In this document: positions 43,574-53,501 of the stretch, in pieces
Layout of the letters: each line of letters starts with the position of its first letter
Numbering within the stretch: position 1 is the stretch's first letter
Assembly (NCBI GenBank): GCA_963555825.3
Contig: CAUVXB020000001.1
Span: 1,824,001-1,888,000 of the forward strand
From: Alphaproteobacteria bacterium
GTDB lineage: Bacteria > Pseudomonadota > Alphaproteobacteria > JAAXGF01
DNA length: 64,000 nucleotides
Reading direction: 5' to 3'
The notes under the pieces: model-generated
Seen by the model: the letters and a program-made list of their open reading frames with translations, nothing else
What the model was told of the DNA's origin: nothing
The model's database searches: none
Program-made: the position numbers and the translations under genes

Positions 43574-45023
43574 GGCGATGTCCCTATCTCTGTTGAAATT
43601 CGTGGGGCAGGCGTCGCTGGTTGATGATGCTATGCTGCCTTCATGATGGTTTCAATGGCACTGTCGGCCTGAGCCTTTCTCAAGTGTTCCTGGAGAGCAT
43701 TTCGGAGGATGGGCAGCTGGCGATAGGCCTTGAGGCGACGGAAGGTTTTCTGGGCCTCCAGCAGGCCGGCGGCGGTCCATCTGAGCGCCATCTCGGCGTG
43801 TCTCCAGCGTTTGACGTTGCGGGTGACCTGGCGCACCGTGCCGAGCGCGTTCTCGACGATGTTGGTGCAGGCGAGCGAGCGCCGGAGTTCGTGCGGCAGG
43901 CCGAGGCGGATGACGGTGAGGATCTCGTCCAGCCCCTCCAGGATGCTGCCCGAGACGCCCGGTTCCTCATGCTCCAGACGCCGGACCAGGTTGCGCAAGA
44001 GCCGCTCGGCCTTGTTTGCGTCGTCCTGGTCCCAGGCCTGACGGAGCGCCTTCTTGACGCTCGCGTGCAAATGTTGGGGCAGGCGCTCGATGATGTTACG
44101 GCCCTTGTGGACCTGGCAGCGCTGGATGGCGGCGGCCACACCGAAGGTGTTTCGGATCGCTTTGCTGAGTGCCTTCGCGCCATCGACGATGAACAGCCGC
44201 GGCAGTGTCGGATCGAGCCCCCTGGCGAGGAGATTGTCGATCAAGGCCTGGACGACGACCGTGTTCTCCGTCGCCCCCTCGACCACGGCCAGGACATGCT
44301 TGTCGCCGTTGCCATCGACGCCGATCGCCGCCATCAGGACATGGTCGCCGACATGCAGACCGTCGATCTGGATGACTAGCAGGTCGAGTTCCGAGAGATC
44401 CGAGGCGAGCCAGGCCTTCATCTTCTTGCGTGACAGCGCCACAAAGCGCCGGGAAACGGCCGACTTCGAGGTGCCGTCGCCACGCGCTTTCGCCAGGTCG
44501 CCCTCGGGCAGACGGACCGCGCGGTGGTACTTGCGGGTCGACACGTTCAGCACCATCAGGTTGAGCGCCCACTCGAGCAGCAGGTTGCCATCGCGTAGCG
44601 CCTGCCAACTCTCCAAGCTCACCTCTTTGCCCGCCCGGTCACGAACCCGTGGCCGGGCCACCTTCACTTTGCCGCCGTGGTAGCCGATCTCGCTATGTGT
44701 CCTGCCCCAGCGATAACCTCGACGGTCCCCATGGCGGCGATGTCGGGCCCCGCACACGGTCGTGGCGTCCTCCTCCATCATCTCGGCCAAGGCCTCGACC
44801 CCGGCCAGAAGACAAAACCGATCCACGCTGAGATGGACTGCGTCCATCGCGTCCGCCAGCGGCGGCATAGGAATCGAGGGGGCAAGGGCTTTCGGGCGGC
44901 TGGAACTACGGATATTCTTTCCCATGGTGTCGTTCTCCCTTTTGGGTTTGCAGCACCCGGAGCCTAACGGCTCCAGGAGAGCGACACCTACCTCAACTTT
45001 TCAACATCGACCGGGACATCCCC
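43574..45023 (-). mobile_element. IS256-family element, 1450 bp, no target duplication
   Basis: Reverse complement of 36673-38122; the flanks do not match each other. Confidence 0.95.
43630..44925 (-). CDS. IS256 transposase
   Basis: Protein identical to 36771-38066. Confidence 0.95.
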   Translation of the reverse strand: MGKNIRSSSRPKALAPSIPMPPLADAMDAVHLSVDRFCLLAGVEALAEMMEEDATTVCGARHRRHGDRRGYRWGRTHSEIGYHGGKVKVARPRVRDRAGKEVSLESWQALRDGNLLLEWALNLMVLNVSTRKYHRAVRLPEGDLAKARGDGTSKSAVSRRFVALSRKKMKAWLASDLSELDLLVIQIDGLHVGDHVLMAAIGVDGNGDKHVLAVVEGATENTVVVQALIDNLLARGLDPTLPRLFIVDGAKALSKAIRNTFGVAAAIQRCQVHKGRNIIERLPQHLHASVKKALRQAWDQDDANKAERLLRNLVRRLEHEEPGVSGSILEGLDEILTVIRLGLPHELRRSLACTNIVENALGTVRQVTRNVKRWRHAEMALRWTAAGLLEAQKTFRRLKAYRQLPILRNALQEHLRKAQADSAIETIMKAA

Positions 45024-45741
45024 TGAAGAACGCGCAGAACGCGTAGACGTCAAGGTTTTAAGGAAATATGAGCCAGCTGTTGAAGTCGTTCCACCTTTCC
45101 AGGCCGTTATAGACGGATGGACATCCATCGATATTGATAGCCAATGCAATATCTTGGGGTTTATGGGTTTGGACTCTGGCTTCCCCGCCGTCCCATTTCC
45201 TGAGGGTGTAGATCAACTTCAGTTGAAAGCGAAGCAGTTCTTTGCAATTTCTCAGATTGCAATCCGCTCGCTGGGGTCGAATTTTCGTTATCTTGATGGA
45301 GGACGAACGGAACCGGACACAGCCAATGGCCCCTTTCGTTTTGATTTCCGAGGTGAGCTTGCCTTGCAGGAGCGGGACGTTGCTGTATCAGCGCATTGTA
45401 CGTCTCAGAAGAGCCCCGTGCGAGCAGAGCAGATTGAGGACTTGGCTGCGCGGTCACGAGCCAGATGCGCTGATGTGACGTTTCTTTTCGCGATTTCGTC
45501 ATTTGCCGAGAACGGACTAAAGCTTGCGAGACAGGCTGGGATCCAACCGATCCTTGTGACCTCCAGAACTCCTCCATTCCGTAATGTCCTTCGGATCGCC
45601 ATCGATTCGTTAGATGGGGAGGTGATTAGATACCCGGCTCATAGCTTTTGGCATCCTGTAGTCGATAATGACATATCAAGATTTGATGAGATACGTCGGC
45701 GAGAGCAGATTCTGGAGACTTTTCCGATCTTCTCGTGCTAA
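45024..45741 (+). pseudogene. 5'-truncated low-GC protein with a C-terminal Mrr-like restriction-endonuclease fold
   Basis: Frame is open back to the IS end; FDF.G....AVSAHCT..KSPV.AEQIEDL......FLFA.SSFAENGLKLARQAGI matches the Mrr_cat layout. Confidence 0.55.
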
Positions 45742-45959
45742 CAATGTGCACAGAAATTTTTTACTGCAAAGAGTACAAATAAATCGATTGTGGGCCTGGA
45801 ATATCACTGCACCAAGTGCACCCGTTCGGCCCGTGGACCCAGTACAACGAAATGTGCACATAATCCAAATCCCACACTTGATTTGTGCCGAAGCAGTCCC
45901 GCAGTTTCGTCAACTGGTTTCAGCTACCCACGAAACCAGGCGACGAGCGCGGGAGACCC

Positions 45960-47144
45960 TCACACCGGCTGGTCGTGCATTTCGAGGTGAAGGCGCTTGC
46001 CGGTGTACGGGTTGGCCTCGGCGACCGCCTCGTCGAGCTCGACGCCGATGCCAGGCGCGGTCGGCGGGATGATGTAGCCGTCCTGCCACTGTAACGGGGC
46101 CTTGAGGATCTCGGCGTGGAAGCCGCCGCAGGTCAGGATGCACTCTTGGATCAGGAAGTTGGGGCTGCAGGCGCCGATCTGGATGTTCGCCGCGGCCTCG
46201 ATCGGCCCGCAATAGAGATGCGGCGCGATCTGCGCGTAATGCGCCTCGGCCATGCCGGCGATCTTCTTGGCCTCGAGGATGCCGCCGACCCGGCCGAGCG
46301 CCATCTGCAGGATCGACGCCGCCTGCTTGGCCAGCACCCGGGCGAACTCGTACTTTGTCGTCAGCCGCTCGCCGGTCGCGATGGGAATAGACGTCTGGCG
46401 CGCGACACACGCCATCTCGTCGACGTTCTCGGGCGGCACCGGCTCTTCGAACCACAACGGGTCGTAGGGTTCCAGCCGCCTGGCGAGGCGGATCGCGCCC
46501 GCCGTGGTCATCTGGCCGTGGCTGCCGAACAACAGATCGGCGCGGCTGCCGACCGCCTCGCGAATTTTCCCGCAGAAGGTCTCGGCGCGATCGAGCGCCT
46601 CGAGCGAGAGCTGGCGCGGATCGAAGGCCGAGAACGGACCAACGGGGTCGAACTTGACCGCGGTGAAACCCATGTCGACGTACTCGGCGGCGCGCTGGGC
46701 GGCGAGGTCGGCGTCGGTATAGACGTCGGCCGCATCGCCCTCGGCCGGGTAGAGATAGCTGTACGAGCGCAGCTTTTCGTGCACCTGGCCGCCGAGCAGC
46801 TCGTAGACCGGCTTGCCGAGCTCCTTGCCGATGATGTCCCAGCACGCCGTCTCGATGCCGCTCAGGACGCCCATCAACGAGGCATCGGGGCGCAGCAGAA
46901 ACCCAGAGCCATAGACGACTCGCCATAGCCGCTCGATCTTGAACGGATCGGCGCCGATGACGTGGAGCTCACAAACGTCCTCGATCATCTTGGCGACGAC
47001 GTCGGGGTGGAACGGCACCGAGTAGACCTCGCCGTAACCGTCGATGCCCGAATCGGTGGTCAGCTTGACGAAGACCCAGTAAGCGCCGCCGAAATGGGGC
47101 GGCGGATTGCCCACCACGAAGACCTTGGCGTCGGAATTTTTCAT
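45960..47144 (-). CDS. Mandelate racemase / muconate lactonizing enzyme family (galactonate dehydratase-like)
   Basis: GYGE, SGIETACWDI.GK..GKPVYELLGG, AVKFDP, WFEEPV, IATGERL, APH and PGIG motifs. Confidence 0.92.
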   Translation of the reverse strand: MKNSDAKVFVVGNPPPHFGGAYWVFVKLTTDSGIDGYGEVYSVPFHPDVVAKMIEDVCELHVIGADPFKIERLWRVVYGSGFLLRPDASLMGVLSGIETACWDIIGKELGKPVYELLGGQVHEKLRSYSYLYPAEGDAADVYTDADLAAQRAAEYVDMGFTAVKFDPVGPFSAFDPRQLSLEALDRAETFCGKIREAVGSRADLLFGSHGQMTTAGAIRLARRLEPYDPLWFEEPVPPENVDEMACVARQTSIPIATGERLTTKYEFARVLAKQAASILQMALGRVGGILEAKKIAGMAEAHYAQIAPHLYCGPIEAAANIQIGACSPNFLIQECILTCGGFHAEILKAPLQWQDGYIIPPTAPGIGVELDEAVAEANPYTGKRLHLEMHDQPV

Positions 47145-47235
47145 GGCCGCAAACTCATGCAATGTCCTGACGTCATAGAGACCAGCGGCGAGCCGGATGC
47201 AAGTGCCGAATCGCGCGCCACCCCATGGAGTTTCA

Positions 47236-47324
47236 CTGTTTACAATAAACATAAGCAGTTTACAATTTATACGCAATCGGACGTACGTGGTCCGCCAGGG
47301 TGGTTTTTAATTGTATACTGCTTA
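47236..47324. promoter_or_regulatory. AT-rich operator-like region with a 16-bp inverted repeat and three GT(A/T)TACAAT boxes
   Basis: TAAGCAGTTTACAATT (47252-47267) versus AATTGTATACTGCTTA (47309-47324), 15/16 match; an extra GTTTACAAT at 47238. Confidence 0.5.
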
Positions 47325-47351
47325 CATTTAAATGGGCCGCCGGACTCTGCT

Positions 47352-49061
47352 CTATCGAAGCATATAGGCGCGGCTCAGCGCGACCGTCTCGACCGGCTCC
47401 GACGCCGCCAAATCGCCGTCGACGAAGACCTCGAAGGTCTGCGAATCGACGCGGATATCTGGGTAGGCGTCGTTGTGCAGCATGTCGCGCTTGGTCAGCT
47501 TGCGGGTCTCGCCGAGCGGCAGCAGGGGAATCGCGATGTCGTGCCGGCCGGCCAGGTCGCCGTCCAGCGCGTGGCGATGCACGAAGGCCGCGTTGAGCGT
47601 CGAGGGCGCCGACCCCGTCGCGCCCCATGACGGCCGCATTATGTTCGGCTCGACGTGGCCGAGCGCGCCGGCTGCGTCGCCCATCGGGCCCCATGCCATC
47701 ATGCCGCCCTTGATGACCATCGCCGGCTTGACGCCGAAGAAGGCCGGTTGCCAGAGCACGATATCGGCCATCTTGCCCGGCTCGAGCGAGCCGATGTAGG
47801 CGTCGATGCCGAAGGTGCGCGCCGCGTTGATGGTGTATTTCGCGATGTAGCGCAGGATGCGTGCGTTATCGGCGTCGGCGTAGGGCTCGTGCGCCAGCGG
47901 ACCGCGCTCGTCCTTCATCTTGGCGGCGAGCTGCCAGGTCCGCAGCACGACCTCGGCGACGCGCCCCATGCCCTCGGAATCGGAGCCCATCATCGAGATC
48001 GCGCCGAGATCGTGCAATACGTCCTCGGCAGCCATGGTCTGGGGCCTCAGCCGGCTGTCGGCGAAGGCGACGTCCTCGGGCACGTCTGGGCTCAACTCGT
48101 GGCACAGCATCATCATGTCGAGATGCTCGTCGAACGCGTTGCGCGTGAACGGGTTGGTCGGGTTGGTCGACGACGGCAGGCAGTGGGGCTCGCCGTTGCA
48201 CCGGATGATGTCGGGCGCGTGGCCGCCGCCGGCGCCCTCGGTGTGGTACATGTGGACTGTGCGGCCGGCGATCGCCTCCATGGTGCGTTCGTAGAAGCCG
48301 GTCTCGTTCATCGTGTCGGCGTGGAGTTGGACCTGGAAGTCGTAATCGTCGGCGACCGAAAGACAGGTGTCGATGGTCGCCGGCATGGCGCCGATGTCCT
48401 CGTGGATCTTGACGCCGATGACGCCGCTGGCGAGCTGTTCGATGATTCCCTCGGGCCGGTGCGCGCTGCCGCGGCTGAACAGGCCGAAGTTCATCGGAAA
48501 GCCTTCGGCGCCCCTGAGCATCCGCGTGTTCGACCAGACGCCGCCCGAATCCACCGCCCAGCAACCGGGATAGCCGCCGCCGATCATCGTCGTGAGCCCG
48601 CTGCTCAGCGCGTGCCAGACCTCGGCGGGCTGGATGTAGTGGGCGTGCACGTCGATGCCGCCGGGCGTCGCGATCAGGCCTTGGGCGGGCACCGGCTTGG
48701 TCGACGGGCCGACGATCAGGCCGTCGTCGACGCCCGCCATGGTCGCCGGGTTGCCGGCCTTGCCGAGGCCGGTGATCTTGCCATCGCGGATGCCCAGATC
48801 GCCCTTCACGACGCCGAGCACGGGATCGATGATCAGCACGTTGTTAAGCACCATGTCGACCGCGCCGTCGGCGGCCGTGTGGCCGGCGGCGACCGCGCCG
48901 CCGTCGCGCATGGTCTTGCCCAGGCCGGTCAGGCACTCCTCGCCGTAGGTCGCGTGGTCGCGCTCGACCCTGGCGAGCAGGCTGGTGTCGCCGAGCCGCA
49001 CCCGGTCGCCGGTGGTCGGTCCGTACATCGCCGCGTAGTCGCGCCGTGAGATCGTCGCCAT
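47352..49061 (-). CDS. ureC: Divergent urease alpha-subunit-like Ni amidohydrolase
   Basis: [63 protein letters not shown] flap, [14 protein letters not shown] and GKMAD motifs. Confidence 0.9.
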   Translation of the reverse strand: MATISRRDYAAMYGPTTGDRVRLGDTSLLARVERDHATYGEECLTGLGKTMRDGGAVAAGHTAADGAVDMVLNNVLIIDPVLGVVKGDLGIRDGKITGLGKAGNPATMAGVDDGLIVGPSTKPVPAQGLIATPGGIDVHAHYIQPAEVWHALSSGLTTMIGGGYPGCWAVDSGGVWSNTRMLRGAEGFPMNFGLFSRGSAHRPEGIIEQLASGVIGVKIHEDIGAMPATIDTCLSVADDYDFQVQLHADTMNETGFYERTMEAIAGRTVHMYHTEGAGGGHAPDIIRCNGEPHCLPSSTNPTNPFTRNAFDEHLDMMMLCHELSPDVPEDVAFADSRLRPQTMAAEDVLHDLGAISMMGSDSEGMGRVAEVVLRTWQLAAKMKDERGPLAHEPYADADNARILRYIAKYTINAARTFGIDAYIGSLEPGKMADIVLWQPAFFGVKPAMVIKGGMMAWGPMGDAAGALGHVEPNIMRPSWGATGSAPSTLNAAFVHRHALDGDLAGRHDIAIPLLPLGETRKLTKRDMLHNDAYPDIRVDSQTFEVFVDGDLAASEPVETVALSRAYMLR

Positions 49062-49064
49062 GGT

Positions 49065-49766
49065 TCAGGTCCCCCGGTAGCCCTGCTCGCGGGCGCGTTG
49101 CAGCGCCGCTTGCTTGACCGCCTCGTCATGCACCGAACCGTCGGTCAGGTTGTTCAGGCCGGTGATTTCGCCGCTGCCGCCAAACGCGACCAGGATGACC
49201 TCCTTGCTCTCGCCCGGTTCGAAGCGGGCGGTGAGGCCGGCGGCGACGTCGAGGCGCATGCCGAACGCCAAGGCGCGGTCGAACTCGAGCGCCTTGTTGG
49301 CCTCGAAGAAGTGATAGTGGCTCGAGACCTGGACCGGCCGGTCGCCGGTGTTGAGCACGACCAACGTCACCCGGGGCCGGCCGGCGTTGAGCGCGATCTC
49401 GCCGTCCTCGGTGATGATCTCGCCGGGCCGCGACGCTGGGGTCTCGGCGACCGCGTCGGCGCCCGGCCGGATCGGGTCGTGGACGGTGATCATCTTGGCG
49501 CCGTCCTCGAAATGTGCCTCGACCAGCAGGATGGGGATCAGCCGGCGAACACCGGGCAAGACGTCGTCGGACGTCAACAGCGTCGAGCCGTATGCCATCA
49601 ACTCGGCCAGGCCCCTGCCGTCGCGGGCGCCCTCGATCAGCTCGTCTGAGAGATAGGCGATCGCCTCGGGATGATTGAGCTTCAGGCCGCGCGCCTTGCG
49701 CCGGCGCGCCAGCTCGGCGGCCATGAAGATAGTCAACCGTTCCATCTCGGTCGGGGTCAGCAGCAT
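49065..49766 (-). CDS. ureAB: Fused urease gamma/beta subunit
   Basis: Gamma half: [32 protein letters not shown]. Beta half: [29 protein letters not shown]. Confidence 0.92.
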   Translation of the reverse strand: MLLTPTEMERLTIFMAAELARRRKARGLKLNHPEAIAYLSDELIEGARDGRGLAELMAYGSTLLTSDDVLPGVRRLIPILLVEAHFEDGAKMITVHDPIRPGADAVAETPASRPGEIITEDGEIALNAGRPRVTLVVLNTGDRPVQVSSHYHFFEANKALEFDRALAFGMRLDVAAGLTARFEPGESKEVILVAFGGSGEITGLNNLTDGSVHDEAVKQAALQRAREQGYRGT

Positions 49767-49803
49767 CCGTCGTCCTCCTTCCCTGGGGTGATCGTCAGCA
49801 GGT

Positions 49804-50688
49804 TCACTTGCGCCGCCGTCCGGGAGGATGTCCGGTCAGCGCGCGGCGCGCGGCGCTCCACAGCGCGCGCATGGCGGCGTTCAACGCGACGCCGTCGCTG
49901 GCGGTGATCCGGGCCCAGGCGCCGCAGTCGTTGGCAAGCGTCGAGGCGGCGCCGTAGACGGTTTCTCCCAGCGCGTCGAGGCCGCCTCTCAAGGCATCCG
50001 CCAAAGGCCCCGCGTCGCGCCCGCGATCGATGACGGCGAACGTGCCGTGGGCGCCGTGGCCGCCGGTGACACCGATGCGCCGCGCGGCGATCTCGACACC
50101 CGTCACCGCGTAGCGGTCGAGCGCCAGGAGCCGGCCGGCCCAATCGACGATGCGAAGCGTGCTCTCCAACGCCTCGAACGGCGTGTCTTCGCCGTCGGGA
50201 TCGTGTCCGATATAGCTTTCGCCGATGGTCACGGTGGCATCGTCGTCGATGGTGACGTCGAGCGTCGAGCTCAGTGTCGCGCCGGGGAACAGGATAGTCG
50301 CATCGGGCATGTATTCGAGATACGCGCCCGCCGCCGCGCTGAGCGCGACGAATTGGCCCGCCCGGTCGGGCGCCGTGCGATGGACGATGGTGGCGGCCTG
50401 AGTCGTGACATGCGTCCGGGCGCCTGTCCGGGCCGTGATGTCGATGCGCTGCCGGTCGCCGGCGAAAAGCCCGCCGGCGGTCGACTGGATGTAGACCGTC
50501 GCCATGCCCGGCGCGTCGCCGTCGAGATAGAGAGCGCGGCCCAAATGGAACGGATAGCCGGCGTGTTGGTCGGCGACATGGGTCCGGCCGTCCGGGTCGC
50601 TTCGGAATTCGAGCTTCAGTCGTCCTTCGCGCAAGCTTCGCTCGGCCGGCGCCTCGCGCGGGGTGCGCTCAATCGAGGAAAAGGACAT
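49804..50688 (-). CDS. ureD: Urease accessory protein UreD/UreH
   Basis: [19 protein letters not shown] and LEYMPD.TILFPGA motifs. Confidence 0.9.
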   Translation of the reverse strand: MSFSSIERTPREAPAERSLREGRLKLEFRSDPDGRTHVADQHAGYPFHLGRALYLDGDAPGMATVYIQSTAGGLFAGDRQRIDITARTGARTHVTTQAATIVHRTAPDRAGQFVALSAAAGAYLEYMPDATILFPGATLSSTLDVTIDDDATVTIGESYIGHDPDGEDTPFEALESTLRIVDWAGRLLALDRYAVTGVEIAARRIGVTGGHGAHGTFAVIDRGRDAGPLADALRGGLDALGETVYGAASTLANDCGAWARITASDGVALNAAMRALWSAARRALTGHPPGRRRK

Positions 50689-51304
50689 CGCGTGACAACC
50701 GATCGACGACCCGGTCGATGCCTTCGCCGGTCGCGCAGTTGGTCAGCAGGATGGGTTTGCCGTTCCTGATCGCCGTGCCGTCGCAAACCATGACGTCGAG
50801 GTCGGCGCCGACCAGCGGCGCGAGGTCGATCTTGTTGATGACCAGAAGATCCGAACGCACGATGCCCGGCCCCTTCTTGCGCGGGATGTCGTCGCCGCCG
50901 GCCGCGTCGATGACGAACAGCCAGTAGTCGACCAGATCGAACGAAAAGGTCGATGCCAGGTTGTCGCCGCCCGATTCGATGATCACGACCGAAACGTCGC
51001 TAAAGTCGTCGATCAACCGCTCGACCGCCTGGATGTTCAAGGTAGGGTCCTCGCGGATCGCGGTGTGCGGACAGGCGCCCGTCTCAACCGCGAGCACGCG
51101 CGCGGCGTCGATCAGGCCACTCCGCCTGAGACGCTCGGCGTCCCCGCGCGTCACCAGGTCGTTGGTGACCACGGCGACTTCGGCGCCGCGCGCGCCGAGC
51201 GCGGGGATCAGCCGCTCGATCAGCACCGTCTTGCCCGAGCCGACCGGCCCGCCGATGCCGATGCGCGCGACCGAGCGCGGGATGGCTTGGGGCGTGGCGG
51301 TCAT
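50669..51304 (-). CDS. ureG: Urease accessory GTPase UreG
   Basis: [36 protein letters not shown] and INKIDLAP motifs. Confidence 0.95.
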   Translation of the reverse strand: MTATPQAIPRSVARIGIGGPVGSGKTVLIERLIPALGARGAEVAVVTNDLVTRGDAERLRRSGLIDAARVLAVETGACPHTAIREDPTLNIQAVERLIDDFSDVSVVIIESGGDNLASTFSFDLVDYWLFVIDAAGGDDIPRKKGPGIVRSDLLVINKIDLAPLVGADLDVMVCDGTAIRNGKPILLTNCATGEGIDRVVDRLSRDVLFLD

Positions 51305-51331
51305 CGATGTCTCTCCCCCGGTGTCGCTTCG

Positions 51332-52009
51332 CTAATTCATGAACAGGCGGGTCTCCGCCGTCTCGTGGCGCATGCTGGCGATCTCGGTCTGGGGCACGAA
51401 GGCGGCGATCTCCTCGATCGGACACGGCGGTCGATCGAGCGCCTCGGCGACCGGTTCGGCCACGCGCGTCAGGATGCGTTGCGCGTCGACGTGGCCGATC
51501 ACGCCGAGCCTGACGGCTGCGCCCAAGAGCCCGATGCACAGACTATGCGCCGAAAGCGCGCCCAGCGCGGCGCGCCCGACGCCGGCGTCGCGCCACACCA
51601 TGCCTTGCACGATGGCGAGATGGCCCAGTGCGTCGCCGCGCGCGATGCGCCGCCGGTAGGCGTCGGCCCGCGGCGTGCCGAGCCGCGCGTGGACGCCGAG
51701 CAGGGCCGCGCCAGCACGGCGCGAGCCCACGCGCAGCTCGCACGCCAGCGTCTGCGCCTCGACGCGCGCATCGACGCCACAGAGCGCATCGGGATCGTCG
51801 GCGTGGTCGAAGGCGTGGCGCGTCACCGGCCAGTCGAAGCCCGCCCAGCGGCCCGAGATCTGGCCCGCGACGAAGGCCGAGACATCGTCCGCGTCGGCGA
51901 CGATACCGTCGGCGCAGAGGCCCTCGAGGCCCCAGGAAAACGATGTCGCGCCGCCGGGAAAAAAGCTGTCGCCGTGCTGGAGCAGTGCGAGGAAGGACGG
52001 GTCAGTCAT
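51332..52009 (-). CDS. ureF: Urease accessory protein UreF
   Basis: LLQHGDSFFPGG..SFSWGLE, AAVRL..IG and the C-terminal RHE....RLFMN motif. Confidence 0.92.
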   Translation of the reverse strand: MTDPSFLALLQHGDSFFPGGATSFSWGLEGLCADGIVADADDVSAFVAGQISGRWAGFDWPVTRHAFDHADDPDALCGVDARVEAQTLACELRVGSRRAGAALLGVHARLGTPRADAYRRRIARGDALGHLAIVQGMVWRDAGVGRAALGALSAHSLCIGLLGAAVRLGVIGHVDAQRILTRVAEPVAEALDRPPCPIEEIAAFVPQTEIASMRHETAETRLFMN

Positions 52010-52457
52010 CCGCCGGTCTCCGCGCGCGCCCGTCATCGAGGAACGGTTTGAGGCGCGCGAGGTAGTCGGCCTCCGGACCCTCGAGCGCGATCAGGATATG
52101 CGCCCCATCGAAGCGGACGCGCCAGTGCAGGTTGCCGGCGAAATAGCCGAGCTCGAGCGCAGCCGTCGTATCGCGCGGCGCGAGTTCGAGCCAGCGTTCC
52201 TCGGTCATCTGGACGACGATGGCGCGGTCGTCGTCGAGCGCGACGACCGCGCCGTCCGAGAGCCGCTGGTCGCCGGGCAGCGCGACGGCGCAGTCGGTTC
52301 CAAGGTCGGTCGTCGCCCGCAGCCGCCGGCGGAGAGTGTCGTCGCGCGCGAGCGTTAGATGCTCGACCCGCCCCCCGGCGTGCGCCAGATCGTGGAGTCG
52401 CTGAGCGATCTCCGGCTCGCTGGCAAAGCCGATGATGGTGGTGACGGCGATCGGCAT
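52002..52457 (-). CDS. ureE: Urease accessory protein UreE (no His-rich tail)
   Basis: RRRLRATTD.G, L.DG.V and LGY.AGNLHW motifs. Confidence 0.85.
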   Translation of the reverse strand: MPIAVTTIIGFASEPEIAQRLHDLAHAGGRVEHLTLARDDTLRRRLRATTDLGTDCAVALPGDQRLSDGAVVALDDDRAIVVQMTEERWLELAPRDTTAALELGYFAGNLHWRVRFDGAHILIALEGPEADYLARLKPFLDDGRARRPADD

Positions 52458-52633
52458 TGTGACCAAGGCCTGGGTTGGCGTGCAGGGCGACGGCAAAGGT
52501 TAGATCATCGTAGCATGACTGTCACCCGGCGGTGGCGCCAACGTCTCGTCAGGACTGGCCGCTCGCGGCCGCCCGCCGGATCACCGACGAGATGGCAGGC
52601 GCTGCCGGCTAATGCGATGAACAACGAAGTTTT

Positions 52634-52756
52634 TCAAGATCCACCGCCGAATTTTACCAGGGTTATGGCGAAAAAGAGCAACGCAAACCCGAGCAGCATT
52701 GCCGCAACCGTCAGGTTTAATCGGCGCTTTCGTCTGTGGTGTTCGGTAATCGGCAT
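52634..52756 (-). CDS. 40-aa membrane peptide, CoxF-like
   Basis: MPITEHHRRKRRLNLTVAAMLLGFALLFFAITLVKFGGGS: basic patch, N and one TM helix, downstream of the cox operon. Confidence 0.55.
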   Translation of the reverse strand: MPITEHHRRKRRLNLTVAAMLLGFALLFFAITLVKFGGGS

Positions 52757-52875
52757 CCGGGTCTAGGTTGGGCTATCGAACAGCAGCCGAAATCTGGGTG
52801 TTTCGAAATTGGGCGCCGTGATTAATCAAGGACGGTGCGACGGTGGCGCGCGCATCGAGACGCTTGGCGATGCCG

Positions 52876-53040
52876 CTATTCGCCGCTGTCATCGCGCCTT
52901 AGCCTGTATCTGCGCCACTTCGCCTCGGCCACGAAGACAACAACGAACACGACAGCAATCGCCAGCAGGATCAGTGGCCCTAGGCTCCCCACCGAATCTA
53001 CGCCACTCGCGCCATGTGCCAACGCTGGCGAAATCAACAT
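52876..53040 (-). CDS. 54-aa membrane peptide
   Basis: RBS AGGACGGA; MLISPALAHGASGVDSVGSLGPLILLAIAVVFVVVFVAEAKWRRYRLRRDDSGE has one TM helix and a basic tail. Confidence 0.5.
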   Translation of the reverse strand: MLISPALAHGASGVDSVGSLGPLILLAIAVVFVVVFVAEAKWRRYRLRRDDSGE

Positions 53041-53139
53041 TCCGTCCTCTTAAAAGCAGCCTGGCGGGATGCTACCGCGAACACGGCGACGTGGCGATGT
53101 GTTCCAGCCGGTCGGCGAGGTCGTGCCTGGCGTTAGAGG

Positions 53140-53493
53140 CTAAGATCCCGTCGCGAAGAAGGTGCCCCGCGTGAAGAAGGTGTAGTCCGATTCGAACGTC
53201 ATCATGGCGACAAATATCAACACCAAAATCGGCGGGATCAAAATGGCATAGGTCAGGGCCAGCCGCTCCCAGCGTATGTGCATGAAGAAGGCGACGATCA
53301 GCCCGGCCTTCAACATCATGAACACGAGGATCAGAGTCCACCTGAGGTAACCCTGGAGGTGGAAATAATCGACGGCATACGAAAACCCGCTGAGAACGAA
53401 CAGTAGTCCCCAGACCGTGAAATAAATCCCGATCGGATGCTGTTGGCCCTCTCCGTGCTGGACCGCTGCCTGTTGGCCTTCTGCGTGCGCCAT
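53140..53493 (-). CDS. Cytochrome c oxidase subunit IV family protein
   Basis: QQHPIGIY..VWGLLFVLS and KAGLIVA.FMH.RWE motifs. Confidence 0.85.
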   Translation of the reverse strand: MAHAEGQQAAVQHGEGQQHPIGIYFTVWGLLFVLSGFSYAVDYFHLQGYLRWTLILVFMMLKAGLIVAFFMHIRWERLALTYAILIPPILVLIFVAMMTFESDYTFFTRGTFFATGS

Positions 53494-53501
53494 GTCGCCC
53501 T

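Noticed and set aside
36673-45023. Composite transposon formed by the two inverted IS256 copies
   Set aside because: The left copy has its own target duplication and the outer flanks do not match, so these are independent insertions.
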